63,189 nucleotides of DNA, filler included, from Guillardia theta CCMP2712 (GCF_000315625.1; 3 parts of 3 records of this genome joined end to end with filler, not necessarily neighbours in it), one strand, 5' to 3'; shown: positions 24,181 through 38,306, numbered from the whole stretch's first letter. Notes: generated from the sequence alone by a model not told the origin. Numbers and translations are program-made.

Positions 24181-25300
24181 TCACAAGTCTGCTCTCTTCT
24201 CCGGATTCAGAACCATCCCTGACACATCTCGCAGTATGACGCAAACTTCTGTCATTGACATGTCTTGCGCAGGACAGGACCTCGTCCTCCTCAACCCGTC
24301 CTCCGACTGAAAGCATGCCGCCACTTGCTCCATAATGGTATCTTGTGGATTCTGATCAGGGTTGGGAGCCAGCTCAAGGAATACGTCCAGGCCCCTGAGG
24401 AGGAGGATAAGAAGAGGAGGCGAACAAAGAGGGCATGGAGCAAAAGCTTGCCAAGGAGCAGGAGCACGAGAAAGAGCAGGAGCAACAGAAGGAGCAGGAT
24501 AAGGAGCAGAAGAAACAGCTGGAGAAAGAGCAGCAGGAAGAGCAGCAGAGAGAGCAGGGCTCACTTGTGGATGGTGAGGTACTTCTGCAGCAGCCGTGAC
24601 TTGGTGAGGCTCTCCCGGTGCTCGAAGTCAGGCACCCACACCAGCACGTCCCGGTCGACGTGATTCGCGAGAGTCTGACTGAGGAAAAGGCGCTGAAGCC
24701 GCTTAATGATCCGAACCTTAGCCTTGTGAAGGTGCTGCTGTGCGTGAGGGAAGATCCTGCTGGTGAAGGATCGCCAAATCAACCCAGGGCGCCATGAAGA
24801 AGGGAGCAGGTGCATATGATGATGAGAGCACGAGTTGGTCTAGTCTGGTTGACGGACGCGAGTGTTTCTTGGATCCTCCTTCACTTCCCTCCAATAACCT
24901 CACAGCTTGGGGTATCGATGGACAGACCTTGAACTTGTTTCTTGACTTATCTTGTTTCTTGACTGCCTTCTTCAACCCGCGTTCTCTCTCCTCCCTCTCC
25001 TCTCTCGTATCTCTCCCCCTGCCTTCTCCCTCTGCCTTTCTCAATCCCTGACTCGTTCAACCCAACGAAAGACGTTCCTTCTGCCTTTGATCACTGCTTG
25101 AATGGTCTCCTACTACAATCTCCTTCTACTCTCTTGTCCTCTCACTGCCCTTGAAGGTTTCTTCTCCTCCTTCACGCTTCGATGCTCTCCGGGTCTGCAG
25201 TTTGATAGGTCAGAACTCGAAGAAATCTCACTATAATCCATTTCAATCGCAATCTTCTCCCTAACTCCAGTACCAACAGGATACGCCTCTCCTCTTCCTC
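24181..25300 (-). CDS. Hypothetical, possibly degenerate gene
   Basis: Coding-like 3' exons (HKAKVRIIKRLQRLFL...QKYLTIHK; GLDVFLELAPNP...RADL*). The upstream part has no long clean frame. Confidence 0.3.
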
Positions 25301-26710
25301 TTTCCTTCGTCTCGTCTGACCTCCGACGCTAGTTTACTCCTTACCCACCTCGCCCCTCTACTTCTTGCTCTTCGAATCACTTGTTTTTCTTGCTACTTGA
25401 CCGTATTCGTTTGCTCGTATTAACTATCAGGATGCGTAGAAGTAGCAGGAGGACAAGACTGAGTCAGACTACATAGGAGGCGGCGAGGAGGAGGAGGAGG
25501 AGGAGGAGGAGGAGGAGGAGGAGGAGGAGGAGGAGGAGGGGAGGCGTCGAGGGGAGGAGGGGGGACGAGGCGCTGGGGTGCATGGTGAACATCTTGTATC
25601 TCGCAGTTGCAAATTTCATCACTTAGCCACATCGCAAGAGGGGTGGGGGTACAAAAAGGGGGGGGTGGGGGTGATAAGAAGGGTATTGTAAGCTCACCCT
25701 TCAGTACAGTGCCACATTATGTATAGAGGGGTGGGGGTGGGGGGTTCAGAATACCGGTACAAATGCATACCAAAGAACCGGTATTTTATAGCAAGAAGTC
25801 GAGTTCGTTCCACTACCATTCAATGTTTTACAAAGATCGATTTGAAGGGGTGGTGGTTACATTGGGGGGGTAGTGGGTGCGAAACAAGGGCAAGGAAATG
25901 GAATCGGTCGAATTGAAAGGGTGGGGTGATACATGACCGGTGCTAAAACCATCATTTGAGGGGGTAGTGTTAGAGCAGTGACACCAAAGGGGAGGGTGGC
26001 ATTGGGGTTAGTATGGAGGGAAACGAGGGGATACGTGTAGTAAAATAGTTTTAGATTATGAAAAGCCCTATCTTTGAGTGTGTTCGCAAACAAATAGTTG
26101 TAGAAGTGGTAAAATCCCACTTTTTACTCCATTATTTCATTGATTTTATTTGTAAGAACTTGGAAAGGAGCTATTTCGATTCATTTCCGTTAGCTGTGGT
26201 CATCACTACGAGTCATGGTCCGAGTAAATTTAACTAAACATTTCAGCCAAACATAACGGAAGGGAGGGGGATGAGGGCTTATGTATGTGGGGGGATGAGG
26301 TCAGGAAATGCGAAGGGGAGGAATGAGTGGGGATGTGGTCTGCAGGACCCTCTACGATGAGGGGGTAGAAGAATAGTATTGAGGGGGTCCAAATATATGA
26401 GGAGGTAGAGGGGGTAGAGGATCTTCATGCAGGCGCCAAATCGGCGCTGGGAGGAGGGGAGTGGGAGAGGATGGGAGAGGAGGAGGAGGTAGAGAGAAGT
26501 ATGTATGATGCTGAGGCAGAGACGATGAGGAGATGGTACAGGAGGAGGACGTGTATGTTAGCCCCGAGGTTGTAGTTGAGAAGAAGCGTGGAGGGTATGC
26601 GCAGAATTTTGAATGTCAGAGAGGAGGAGAGGGAGAAGAGCGCAGATAGTGTAGGTGCGTCTCCGGGCTAGAGGAGACAGGATTGACCCGATCATGTCTG
26701 CACTGCGAGC

Positions 26711-29700
26711 ATGTGGGTCTGCACATGGCTTGAGAGAGCGACGAGAATGATGGTTGACTTGCAAGTGACTCTCTCGCTTCTTACAGAATCTGTGGCTGGA
26801 GCACCAGCGATCAACAGGATGAGACCTGCCGCCGAATTCAACCTGCTGCCTCCTAACAACCTGGGAAGCAATCGCTTCATAGCTGAGAGGATATTCGCCC
26901 GCTATGTCCGGGCTGTGTTCTGGTACTCCCAGGCGTTCATCTTCTTCCTCCCTGCCTTGTCCGTCTTCGTTCATCCTCACGGAGCTCTGGCACGTGGGAT
27001 GTGGAGAAACGTCTATATAGGTAGCTCGCAGGTCATGATCGCATGCAGTTGGACGATCGCCTACTACTCGGGCAAGAGAGTTCCCAAGGCTCGCACTGGG
27101 TTCGGTGAGCCAGCGAGGAGGGGAGGGGAGGGGAGGAGAGAAGCTGAATACCTTGCTCTTGGATGTTGCAGCTGTTGGATGGAAGTTGGTATGCCATGGG
27201 ACGCTGTTTGTGCTCGCTCTCTACTTCCTTCCCTCGAGGCAGTCGTTCTTCGCGTACCTGGTCGCCTCCGGGCTCTACTCCTTCCTTGTTCTCGTCTTCC
27301 CAAGTCCGGACTTGTCCCAGAGAGTGAGCAGCTGCCCACCTTCTTGCTGGGCGAAACTCACGAGGCCTCCAGCTGTGGCTGATGTTCAGCTCCGTCTGCT
27401 TCAATCTCTTCTCCCTCGCTCTCCTTCGCTACATTTCGTCGGTGAGTGGGCACCCCTCTGCCATGTTGGACTGACGGCTGGGCAGGTGGCGGTGGATCAA
27501 GCAGGCAGCGTGTGTAGGAAGAAGAGCCTTGTCGACATCTGCGGGTTGTGCAATGATGCATTCTGTACAAGAGATGACGATGATGATCATGATGGAGATG
27601 GAGATGATATTCGTGGTGATGGTGGTGGTGGTGGTGGTGGCGATGGTGAAAGTTGTATTGATAGATGATGTGATGACAACGACGATGATGTTCATGGTCA
27701 GGCCCAACGGTTGTGTAGACTTGAACTTTGCGGCGCAAGGGATCGCAGGTCGATGGGTTTGCGGGAGTCCGGGGGATTGCTGACAAACGACAACCAGTGG
27801 TGATAAGCTCGATAATACGAGGTTCTGTCCGAAGATGCGCCGCTCAGTTTGTCCAGACCCCTCTCAATGTGAGAAGTAGGGGAGGAGAGGAGAGGAGAGG
27901 AGAGGAGAGGAGAGGAGAGGAGAGGAGAGAGGATGGAGAGAGGATGGAGAGACCTGAAGGGGAGGCAAGATGAGGAGAGCGGGAAGAAGAGGGGATGTAA
28001 ATGTTGGCAAACATTTTCCTTCTCCCTCATTTGCCTTTTCTTGTTTGCAGTTGCCAAAATCAATTCGTATGAAGCAAGAGATCTCCTCGTCCTTGTCAAG
28101 GTTTGTGCTGCCTGAAACTCTCGTTCCTCCTCCTCCACCACCACCACCACCTCCTCCTCCTCCCCCCCTCCTCCTGCTCCTGCTTTCCTGCTCCTCCTCA
28201 TTCTCATCCTCTCCCGATCATCGTATCATCGTCACTGACTTAACTCTCTCAGATCGCTGACCATTGCAACCTACGGCGCCTTCTGCTCGCTCTTCTTCCT
28301 CTGGGTCTTCGCCCGCGTCGTCGTGCTCTCTGTGCTTACCTTCCAGCAGGTCTCCTTGTCCAGCGGAGGAAGCGACTTCCTCTTCAACTCCCCCGTCTCT
28401 GCCTTGGCATGGACGGACGTGCGAATCTGCGAGCAGGGAGGAGCGGGAGGGCTGGACGATGGCTCCTCCCCATCCTCGGAGGCCGCGAGCCTGCTCAGCT
28501 TCTCAGGAGGGAGGCTGATGAAGCAGCTGGCGCTCGTGCTCGGGTTGAAGCTGGAGAGGGAGGGGGACGGGGATGGGCTCAGTGGTGGGGAGAAGCTGCT
28601 GTGGACGTTGAGCTCGGCGCCAGCGGTCATGAGCGTGTGCGTAGCTCTCCTGCTCTGCGAGCTGCTGCTGGACGCGGCGGTGGAGTGTTGGGTTACGAGC
28701 GACTTTACCTTGCAGGTCTTGCGCACGAGGAGGGAGGGAGGGAGGGAGGGAGGGAGGAGGAGGAGGAGGAGGAGGAGGAGGAGCTGACAGCCATACAGGA
28801 TAACAGTGTGAAAGATGCACTTGAGAGAATGCAGCCCCTTCTTGGTAGAAGCTCTGCTCCTCACCATCCTCCTCTCCCGCCGCTGCCCCTTCCCCCTCTT
28901 TGTTTCTCTCCCTCTTCCTCTCCCACTGTCTTTCCTCCCTGGTCCCTCCTCCCCCCTCTCAATCCTCACTTTGCTTCAGGAACGATCCTCAGGATGAACG
29001 CATCAGCATCCTCGGCAAGCAAGGATAACCTTCTCGCCAAGTTTCACTTCGTCCGGTAGCTCCCACATACTCACCTTACCGTCCAGAACCTGTTCCTCTC
29101 CCTCCTCCCTCCTCCCTCCTCCCTCCTCCCTCCTCCCTCCTCCCTCCTCCCTCCTCCGTCTCCATCTCTCTCCCGTCATCCCTTTCCTTCTCACCATCAC
29201 GACGCAGAGCGGCAGCTTTCAAAGAGCTTCAGTCGCTCTCCGAGCATGAAGTTGGACGCCTCATGCCGCTTTTCAGCTCCTCCTCTAGCGGGTAATATGA
29301 ACAAGGAGGGAGAGGGGAGGAAGAAGAGAAAGTGGGAAGAAGGAGGAGGAAGGAATGTTGGGGAAGGGTCGATATCCAATGGAGAAGGAGGGGGAGAGGA
29401 CAGAGTAGCGCTCGACTCCTTCACCTCGCACGAGCTTGACAAACTTCGAAAGGATGCTGGAGGGGCTGGTGGGGAAGCACCTGGAGACTCTGAGGAGCTT
29501 CTGCGACACTTTGCGGGTCCAGCTGGCGAAGGCCGAGGGCATCCGTGCTGAGGTGAATCTGTCCCGCCAGCTGGTGGTCAGCAGGGCTGAGGTGACGTGG
29601 CAGGTGGAGAAAAGCGCCATGGCCGACAAGCTGGGAATACCGGGACAGGTCTGTGCGGAAGTGCCGAGCTATCACTGAAGACTGAATCCTCCCCTTTTCC

Positions 29701-29731
<31 letters not shown>

Positions 29732-30156
29732 TCTCCTCCTCAAACTTCCCCCTCTCCCCTCCACTTGGTCTCCTCTTCCTCTCTCCACAGGGTCTTCTGG
29801 GGCAGGCGCTTGGGATCGACTCGTGGATGATGGGAGCAGGGATGAGCACGAGGCTGCAGCTGCTGCAGAGGGAGCTGAGAGCCTGCTGGTCATCGACAGA
29901 TCTCCTCCTGTCGTGTGGTGATTGCCTCTGCCTGCATGTCGTACTTCTGACAACATTCCTCCTCCTCCTCCTCCTCCTCCCCCTCCTCCTCCTCCCCCTC
30001 CTCCTCCTCACTTTCCCTCGCCCTTCTCGCTCGCTGCTCGTCTCTACAGGCTTCCGTCTCAAATCGAGTGCGGAAGTTACCGATCAATGACCTGCAAATC
30101 ATGTTGTCACTGATGTTAATTGCTTACAGTCTATATGTCAATTGTCTCCGTGGTTG
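26711..30156 (+). CDS. Hypothetical multi-pass membrane protein with C-terminal helical region
   Basis: Several hydrophobic exons (FWYSQAFIFFLPALSVF; TLFVLALYFL; WTLSSAPAVMSVCVALLLCELLL) separated by microsatellite introns. Family not recognised and boundaries approximate. Confidence 0.5.
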
Positions 30157-30284
30157 AATTGTTTTCAGTGCCTGCGACGCATGTCTGTTAACGGGCCCTC
30201 CTCCAACGTGCAATAGCTGCATGCATCTCTGTTGTCTTAGTGTTGCGTAGCTGTGAAGCTGAAAGGGGTGGATCTGCGAGCGCT

Positions 30285-30384
30285 NNNNNNNNNNNNNNNN
30301 NNNNNNNNNNNNNNNNNNNNNNNNNNNNTTAATTAATTAANNNNNNNNNNNNNNNNNNNNNNNNNNNNNNNNNNNNNNNNNNNN
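30285..30384. other. Assembly linker gap N44-TTAATTAATTAA-N44
   Basis: 12-mer with stops in all six frames centred in a 100-nt N run; identical construct at 57139-57238. Confidence 0.9.
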
Positions 30385-31605
30385 GGAGGGAGGGAGGAGG
30401 ATACCGTGATAGTCTCCGGGCCGAATCCTTGGGTCTCGTCGCGATCTAGCTTGACCGTCCCGCTGAAGCACTCCTTGTTGCGGAAGTTGACCTCGCATGG
30501 CTCCCTGTTGGCGTCCTGGTGCGGCGCGAGCATGTAGAAGTCTTCGTCCTTGGGCTGCCAGGGCGTCAGGCGGAATCGCTAGAGGAGGAGCAGCAGCTAC
30601 CTGAGCTCCCCAGGTGAGGACGAAGCGACACTCTCCCGGCTTGAGGAGGGGCGAGAGCGCAAGGTTGATGGAGGACTCGATCGCGATGTCGCAGAACCTG
30701 CCAACGACCCGTTTGAGGGGCAGCAGACGCGGCTCCTGCTCAAGGGCCTCACCGTGTGTACGACGCCATCATGCCAGCCTGGAACACGACGCAAGTGTAC
30801 TGCTTGCCTCCCCCCAGCCGACTCAAGGACACAGTCGCCTTTCCGTTGCTCATCGTCACCTGCTCCTGCGCATCAGCTGAAGCTGCAAGGCAAGACAAGT
30901 CCCACCTGCTGCACCAGCGCAGCCCCGTCGAGGATGTAGAGAACAGGTTCTGTCGCCATCGTGTATCCCCGCGCCAAGATCCCGTCCGAGCAAGTGGAGC
31001 CCTTCCCAGCCGTCTTCCCGTCCACCGCGTTCATGGCCGTTACCTTGGTCCTCGAGGGAGAGCCCACGACAGGCCCGGGCTGAGCCTCCGCATCACCGAT
31101 GAAAGCGGCTTCACCGGTTCCCACCCACATGTGCTTGGAAGGGTCCGAGTTGGAGCTGCGGAAGGCGAAGGTGAAGTCGACCCGGTCGCCCTCGATCAGC
31201 TTGCTGGGGACGTAGAGGCCCTGAGAGTTGAGGCAGCTGCTCCCGTCGCAGGGGAACCCTGACCGCATGTTGTTCTGGTAGACCCCCAGGTCCTCCCCGT
31301 TGACCGTCACTTGGATCGTGTCGCTCCTGTCCCCGTTGACCGCGTGCAGCGTCACGTACATCATCCACTTGCCCGCATGCGGCAGCCGAATGGTCCCAGT
31401 CAGGTAGCCTGACATGCTCGAGCCGAGGATGATGTGGCCGCCATCCTCCAGCAGGACTCCTTCCGAGCTTGTCTTGCCCCTGCCACCATCGTCAACATAA
31501 TCGTAGTCTCCAACAACAACAATAACATATCATCATTATCATCATCATCATCAAGAAGAAGAACAACAACGACATCTTCGTCATCAAGAACAACAAGAAC
31601 AAGAA

Positions 31606-31643
<38 letters not shown>

Positions 31644-34600
31644 ATATCATCAGTCTCGCGCATCGGCAGCTCCTTCTCACTCACCACCAGAAGTTCAGCG
31701 GCTCAGGAGGAGGCGTCTGCCCCGGCTGCAGCGGCGGCCTCAACGCAGGGCTGGCAGGAGGAGGAGCAGCGGCAGAAACAACAGGAGGCAAATTTCTCTT
31801 GAGCTCTTCGATGTCATCGTGGATCTTCTGCATGCGACGCTGCGCGTTGTCGAGGCCGGCGGTGGCGTTGTGATGGAAGGAGAGATGTAGCTTCTGATCT
31901 CCTGAGACCAGCCCCACCAGCCGCTCTACAAGAGCCTGCACCTCCGCCCTCCACTGCGTCACTTGAGTGCGCAAGGACGAGACCCTGTCGTCGCTGGCCT
32001 GGAAGGAGGAGGAGTCCTTGCTCCGAACCTCCTCGTACTGCCTCTCCAGGTTCTCCATCTGCTCCTGCAAGTTGTCAAGACGAGTGAGCGACGCGTCCAC
32101 CGACGAGACGTCTCGCTGCAGAGCGTTGGCGGAGTTGAGGACGCCGTTGGCCCCCTGCTCCTCCTGCTGCTTCGCTACGTTGATGTCTCGGTGAAGATTC
32201 TGCAGCTTGATCAGCATGCCGTTCGCCCAGGTCGGGCTGGTGCCGTTGAGCGAGTTGATGGCCTGCACCCTCTTGTTGTACAAGGTTGCCTGCTGGCTCT
32301 TGAGGTCATCCAAGATCGCGTCCTCCCGTCTCAGCTCCCCAGCTGCGTCCGTCCTGGACTCGTCAAGACGAGATCGGATCGACTTAACCTTGTCTTTGAG
32401 CTGCTCCTCAGCTGCACTGAAGAAGTCCCGGATCTGCTGAGAGAAATTGCGTGTGATCTCGTTGATGTTGACGTCGGTCATCCTGTCGAATGTTGCGAAA
32501 GCCGACTGACGCTGCAGCTTGAAGGAATTCTGCAACGACGTCACGTTCCTGACCATGTCCCCCACGTTAGCCCTGATCCCACTCATGTTCGACTGCATCT
32601 GCCTCTGCAGCCCATCCACCTGCGTCTCCAGCTTGTTGAAGGAGTCAACGAACTTGCTCCTGTCATTGTTATCTTCGCGCTGAATGTTATTAATCTGCAT
32701 CGTCACGTCCTGCATCGACTCCCTTTGAGAGTCGCTGTACTGCTGGAGGTCGCCAGCCTTTGCTGTAGTCCCCTGCTTCATTGTTTGGTCCCAGCTCTCC
32801 TTTTGCTGGTCGATGCTGCTCTTGAGCTCCTTGACATCCTCCTCCGACGAACTTTCGATCTCACTCTTCATGTTGCGCTGGTCTGCACCGCCTTCCGCGT
32901 CGATGCTCGAGAGCTTGCTGCCTGCCGAGTTCTCAAAGTCTGTCTCGTTGGTTTGCAGTTGGTCGAGCTCGTGTTGCAGCAGCCCCTCCAGTCGCTGCTG
33001 CTCGTTGAACAGCTCCGTGACCTTTCGCGTACCCTCCGAGTCGTCCAGCGCTTGTCGCGCCTCCAAGCTTGTCATGTTGCTCTTCACTTCGTTCTCCATC
33101 GTCGCTGCCTTGACTTTCATCTCGCTCACCTTCTCACTCAGCGACGTCAGCTTCGCTGTCAGGGCTCCTCGGATCCCCGACAAGGCGTCGCCGATCCCCC
33201 GGGTCGCCTGCGACTCCAGTGACGTCAGCCCGGTGGTGACGTCACTCTCGATCAAGTTCTCGTCCGCGTTGTGCTCCTGCCGGATCATATCCTCCGCCAT
33301 CTCCAACGCGTTCCGCGCCGACGCCAGCTTCGAGTTTGCCGCGTCCACCTGGTGCTGGGCGAGGGAGGTCACGTTCAAGCTGGAGGTCTGCAGCAGCGAT
33401 TGAGCGGCTCTAAAGACGCTAAGGACAGTCTGGAAGTTGGCGGACGACTTGCGTTGGAGCTCAGCCTGCCAGGGTTGTGAGGAGAGGAGGAGATGGACGG
33501 ATCGAGTGGGGAGAGGAGGAGAAGGACGGGTGGCTGACCTTGGCGGTCTCGAAGGCTGTTCGAGCAGCTGTAAGGCTCGTTGACAGTTTTTCGACGATCT
33601 GATCGAGTTCAGCCGAGACCTGCTGATGACTCTGGAGGAGAGAAGCGATCTGCGCGCGGTTCTCTTCGAACTTGTTCGCCTGCAGGGCAAGTGAGAGGGC
33701 AGGAGACGACACGACGGGCAGACCTCGTAGAGCTGAAGTCCCTTGAGCGAGTCATTGAACCACCTCCAGCGAGAGTTCAGCAGCTGGCCCAGCTGCGTCT
33801 CCCTGCTCGTCAGCTCCTCTTCCTCGGCTTGTACAGCAGCCTTCAACTTCGTTTCTTGTTCCATCATCGCATTCTTGTAATCAGCCTGACCGGCACAACC
33901 ATCACCCTCTTCAATGATTCGCACAACATTCGCTCACCTGAACTTGTTCATGCTTCTCTTGGAACTCCTTATGGACTTGCTGCTTGTCCGCTTCTCGGCC
34001 CACGTCCAGCTCAGCTGAGGTCGAGGTGAGCTTCTGCTCGAGGTTACTGAGGCCATCGTTGAGCGCTGACACCTGAGAAAACTCCAACATCAAACGAGAG
34101 GTCATGAAGGGTGTGGATAAGAACCGATTGGTCGATGTCTTGCTTGTTTGACGTCATCGTGCTGAGCAAGGTTTCGATCCTCTCCATCACATTCGCATTT
34201 TCAGTCTGTTCGCTCTCTTTGAACGTCTTCAGCTTGTGCATTGCCTTTGACATTGACTCTGCGAACTTCAAGGACTTCTCGTGGAACGAGCTCTGCCATG
34301 ACTGAACGTCCTCGTTGAACTTATCGCTCCAGATCGACCGGACAAGCTCAATCAGCTGGGAGCTGCTGGTTGCCAGCGAGTTCAGCTTGGCGTCTAGATA
34401 GTCTTGAATCTTTCCCTTGGTCTTCGATTGGCTCTCGTGGCCTCCTTCCATCATCTCCGCTATGTCCTGCTTGTAGCTTGCGATCTGCTGCCTCAGCTCC
34501 TCAATCTTCCGGTCCACCACCACCTTCTCAGCTGAGAGTGTGCGCTGCATTTCTGCGAGGCTCAGCTGGCGTGTGTTATGCATGTTGAGGATCTTGGACT

Positions 34601-37600
34601 GGATGGCCGAGGTAGCGGCAGATAAGAGCGAAGTGCTAGCGTTGGAGTTGCGCTCGAGCAACAAGATTCGTTTCTTGAGGGCGAGCAGGTCAGCGGAGAT
34701 GCTCGACTCAGCTTGGTCTTTGTTTGCAATCATCCTCTCCATAACTCTGATGCAAGCGTCACCGGCTAACTACCACAACAGCCTTCCACTCACCGTGCGT
34801 GAAGGGAATTGGAAGAATCCTCACGCGTGGAATTGAGACGAGTGAATGTCTGCCATTGCAACGCTCGTAGCTCCTCATACTGCGATTGCAAGCGATTCTG
34901 CATTTCAGCCGCATAAGATTTCAGTTGGTCAAGGTCCTCCTCGGCGTTCTGAAAGTCGTTCGGGTCAGGCTTGATGGAGAAGGAAGGAGAACAAGAAAAA
35001 AACTCACGTGTCGATCAGCCTCGTTCTTCTCTACGACGCGGTCCAAGAAGTGAGACAGGTGCAGGTTGTGATCATTCTGAGTCTGCACTTGCGATCGCAT
35101 TGCGGAGAAGAGGCTGTCGTATGTGTTGGCAATGTTCACACGCTGCGAGCTCAGCAGGTCTTCCATCGTTTGGAACGAGTCTTGTATGGCAGCATGAAGG
35201 ATGAAATGCACAGAGCCGACTTTCTCCTTCAGTGAAGCTTCTGATTGGTTGCCGCTGGTGGCAATCTGCTCCTTGAGCGTAGAGAGCATTGACGACTGCA
35301 TGCTCTGTACTCGCTGGGACTCAGAACGAAACTTGCTCTCACTGTCCATCACGGCCTGAAGCAACAAGTTCACTTTCTCGTCAAGCCCTTTGATGGTAGT
35401 TTGCTGTTCTGTCTCCAGGTCCTGCAGGTCCTTCGCCGTCTGCTTGTTGTTCAACATCTCGCGGCTAGACAGGAACCCGAGCTGATTCCGCAAGCTTGAC
35501 TGGGTCGCAGCGCTCTCTGATTGCAAGGCTAGCCTTCCATTCTGCAGACTCTCAATCTTCGTCTGCACGTCTGAGAGCAACTTGGATTTCTCCTCCCTGA
35601 TCTTCCCCTCAAACTTACTGTCCATGGCGTCGATGTCTCTCAGCTTCTGAACCTCGAAATCATCCGAGTCAGTCTTCATCTGCCTTGCAAACTGATCAGC
35701 GAAGTGCGAGAGCTTGCTGGAGGTGGAGGAGATGTTTTCGTCGATGCCACGGTATCCTTGGTCTGCATCGGCAAAGAGAGCCGAAGAGGATTGCTCGAGA
35801 CCCTCAATGGCGTCTTCTTGTTCCGAATTCACTTTCAGCTCCTGGGAGACAAAATCTCGAAACTTGTTATTGAACGTGACATCGTCTGCAATCAGAGAGT
35901 CGTTCACTTCGCGCAGCCTCTGCTCTTGTTGTGAAGCTTCAGATTGGATGCTGTCACGAAGATCAGACACGTAGAAGTCTGCTCGCCTTGTGAGGGACTC
36001 GTTCACATTCTGAATCAAGTGAAGGATCATGTTGCTCAATGTGGACACGTCGTTGGCTTCTGCGGCCTGGCGAGCATCCTTCATGGCACTCAGTTTGCTT
36101 CGAACGTTGTCAATGGTTGAGTTCAAGCCCTCGTAACTCTGCTGAAGCCACTGAAGAAACATTTGATTCTTGCTTTCAAAACTGCTCCTGTTGGCTTTCA
36201 TCACAGAGAGAATGAACGCTCGATCATCCTTGGCTTGCTGTTTCATTCTCTTCTCCGTGTCAGCAAGGCTGCTGAAAAGTTGATCAATACGTCCAAAGTC
36301 ATGATCCAAGTCATGGAAAGTCTTGCTCTTAGTGATTTCAAACTTCTTCCTCAACGACTGAGTGAACGACGCTCTGTACTCATTGTTTTGCATTTGCTCG
36401 CTGACCATGTGACTCAGGGCCGAGTTGCCCTGTTCACCCTCCGTGGTTATGTTTCTGTTTGCATTGGACAGAGCTTGTTCAATCTGACTCTTCTTGGCAG
36501 CAAACAAGGCGTTGACACTGCGACGTTCCTCATCCAAGGTGTTGAGAAGATCATTGTGAAGATGAGAAGAATCATCAAGAGTTTTCTTCAACACAGCCTC
36601 GTGATCCTCGCGAATCTTCTTGTTCAGAGCTTCAGTAGTTGCCAGTGTGTTGTTGTAGTCCTCTGACTCCTTGCGATCTATCTCGGCGAGCGAAGTCTTG
36701 ACCTTCAGCAACGCAGCATCTAGCTCACTGTCTCCGTTTCTCATCGCTTCTTGAACCCCCTTCGAGTAGGACATGACCGTGTCATACCTTGCGCTGTGCT
36801 GGTCGTGAAGTTCTTTCATCTTCTCCTTCAGATGAGCTACTTTCTGAGCCAGCAGCACCAGAGCTTCCTGACTGTCCTCCTCTTGCTTCGCGGACAACTT
36901 CGTCACTTCTGCATTGACTAAACCAAGGTTTTGATCCGTGTAGTTCTTGACTGCTCGCGTGACCTCGACAAGTTGACTGGTCAGGTTTCCAAGAGCAAAC
37001 CGATGACTCTTATGCATCTCCATCTGAAGGGCATGTATGTCCATGATTTCACGAGCTATGGTCTTGCGGAAAAGTTCGAACAACAACCGCTGTTCACGCG
37101 ACTTCTTGACACTCTGTGTGTGGTGCGAGCTCTCTCTCAGCTCCAGCTGATAAGAGGTGTTAGAGAGCACAACAGACTTCCTGGCATTCACCTCTGCAAG
37201 CGCTTTCATGGTTTTCCACAACTCTTCTCGAACTTGGTTGTCGCTCCAGGTGAGATACTCTCCGCTAGCTACTTGCTTCTCGCATTCTGCATTCCAAGTC
37301 AGCACGAGCGCCTAGAACCATCGTTGTCGGTGACCTTCAGGATCTGCAAAGAGTCCACAATAAGGATTTCTCTCCGGCGAGGTCTCGGCATTGACTTCGT
37401 CTCCATCCGTATCCCCCTCAATCATAACATCCCGTTGTGGAGACTTCCTATCGAAAAGCGCGGCTGCGAGCAAGCAAGCAAGCAAGAGGACACCCAGCAG
37501 CACAGGTCGTCTTTTTGCTCTCCCTGCATCATGAGGTCTGAGAAGAGAGCGATCAGAGTAACATCTTCACGCATACCTTGTGCAGCGTCGTTCGCATCGG

Positions 37601-37649
37601 AAGCAACTGTTCCTATGCTTCCGTAGCCACTGGCTGTCTGATGAGGCAT
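30385..37649 (-). CDS. Giant type II membrane coiled-coil protein with C-terminal beta domains and DUF2135/YfaP-like domain (3' end lost in gap)
   Basis: Spliced N-terminus MPHQTASGYGSI...RAKRRPVLLGVLLLACLLAAALF. Heptad-rich ORFs of 794, 232 and 747 aa with many N-x-S/T sequons. Pro linker, then RFVLTWG..PKDEDFYM..CEVNFRNK..LDRDETQGFGPETIT. Confidence 0.8.
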
Positions 37650-38275
37650 CCTCTACAGCCCTTCAGCGACATAACACGCGTCAGTAAATAGACGAGCACG
37701 TTAGAGATGAGAACAACAGGAAAATAATGAGCACAATCATGGCATGCACCTAGTACCCAAACAGAGCACCAGCATTTCAAAGGATGAAACCATCATAAAT
37801 CATCGTCCATGGTACAAGCAAACAACCAACAAGAGCAAGATCGTGCATCGAATCATGCCGTCCTCCTCCTCTGTCTCCTCTCCCCCTCTCACCTTGTCCC
37901 TGAAGCTCCCCGTCCCCCCTGCTCATTCAGATGCCATGGCGACGGAAATAGCCTTTCAGCGGATCACATCCCCTCATCCCCGCACAAATATGTCCCTCAT
38001 CCCCGCTAAACTCCCATCATCCCCCTCATAACCCTTCCAACCCGAAATAGAGCAGAGCAGCGGGAGCGAAAATGTTTGATCTGCTGGCAGACAAGTGGAA
38101 GCAGGTGAGAGGAGGAGGAAGAGGAGGAGGATGATGATCATGACGACGACGATGATCATGATCGATCATGATCATCGGCGTCGTCATGATCATGATCATG
38201 ATCTTGACGACCATCCTCACACATGCTTCCACGAGGAGGAGGAGGAGGAGGATTATTATGATGAGGATGAGGATG

Positions 38276-38306
<31 letters not shown>

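Noticed and set aside
30329-30340. TTAATTAATTAA palindrome as a biological site (also 57183-57194)
   Set aside because: Centred in identical 100-nt N blocks; a six-frame-stop assembly linker.
31963-33403. Long plus-strand ORFs (419 and 196 aa)
   Set aside because: Antisense shadows of the coiled-coil gene caused by codon bias.
37290-37335. Apparent TAG readthrough joining in-frame ORFs 37312-37503 and 34921-37305
   Set aside because: The stop lies in a 48-nt GT...CTGAC...CAG intron.
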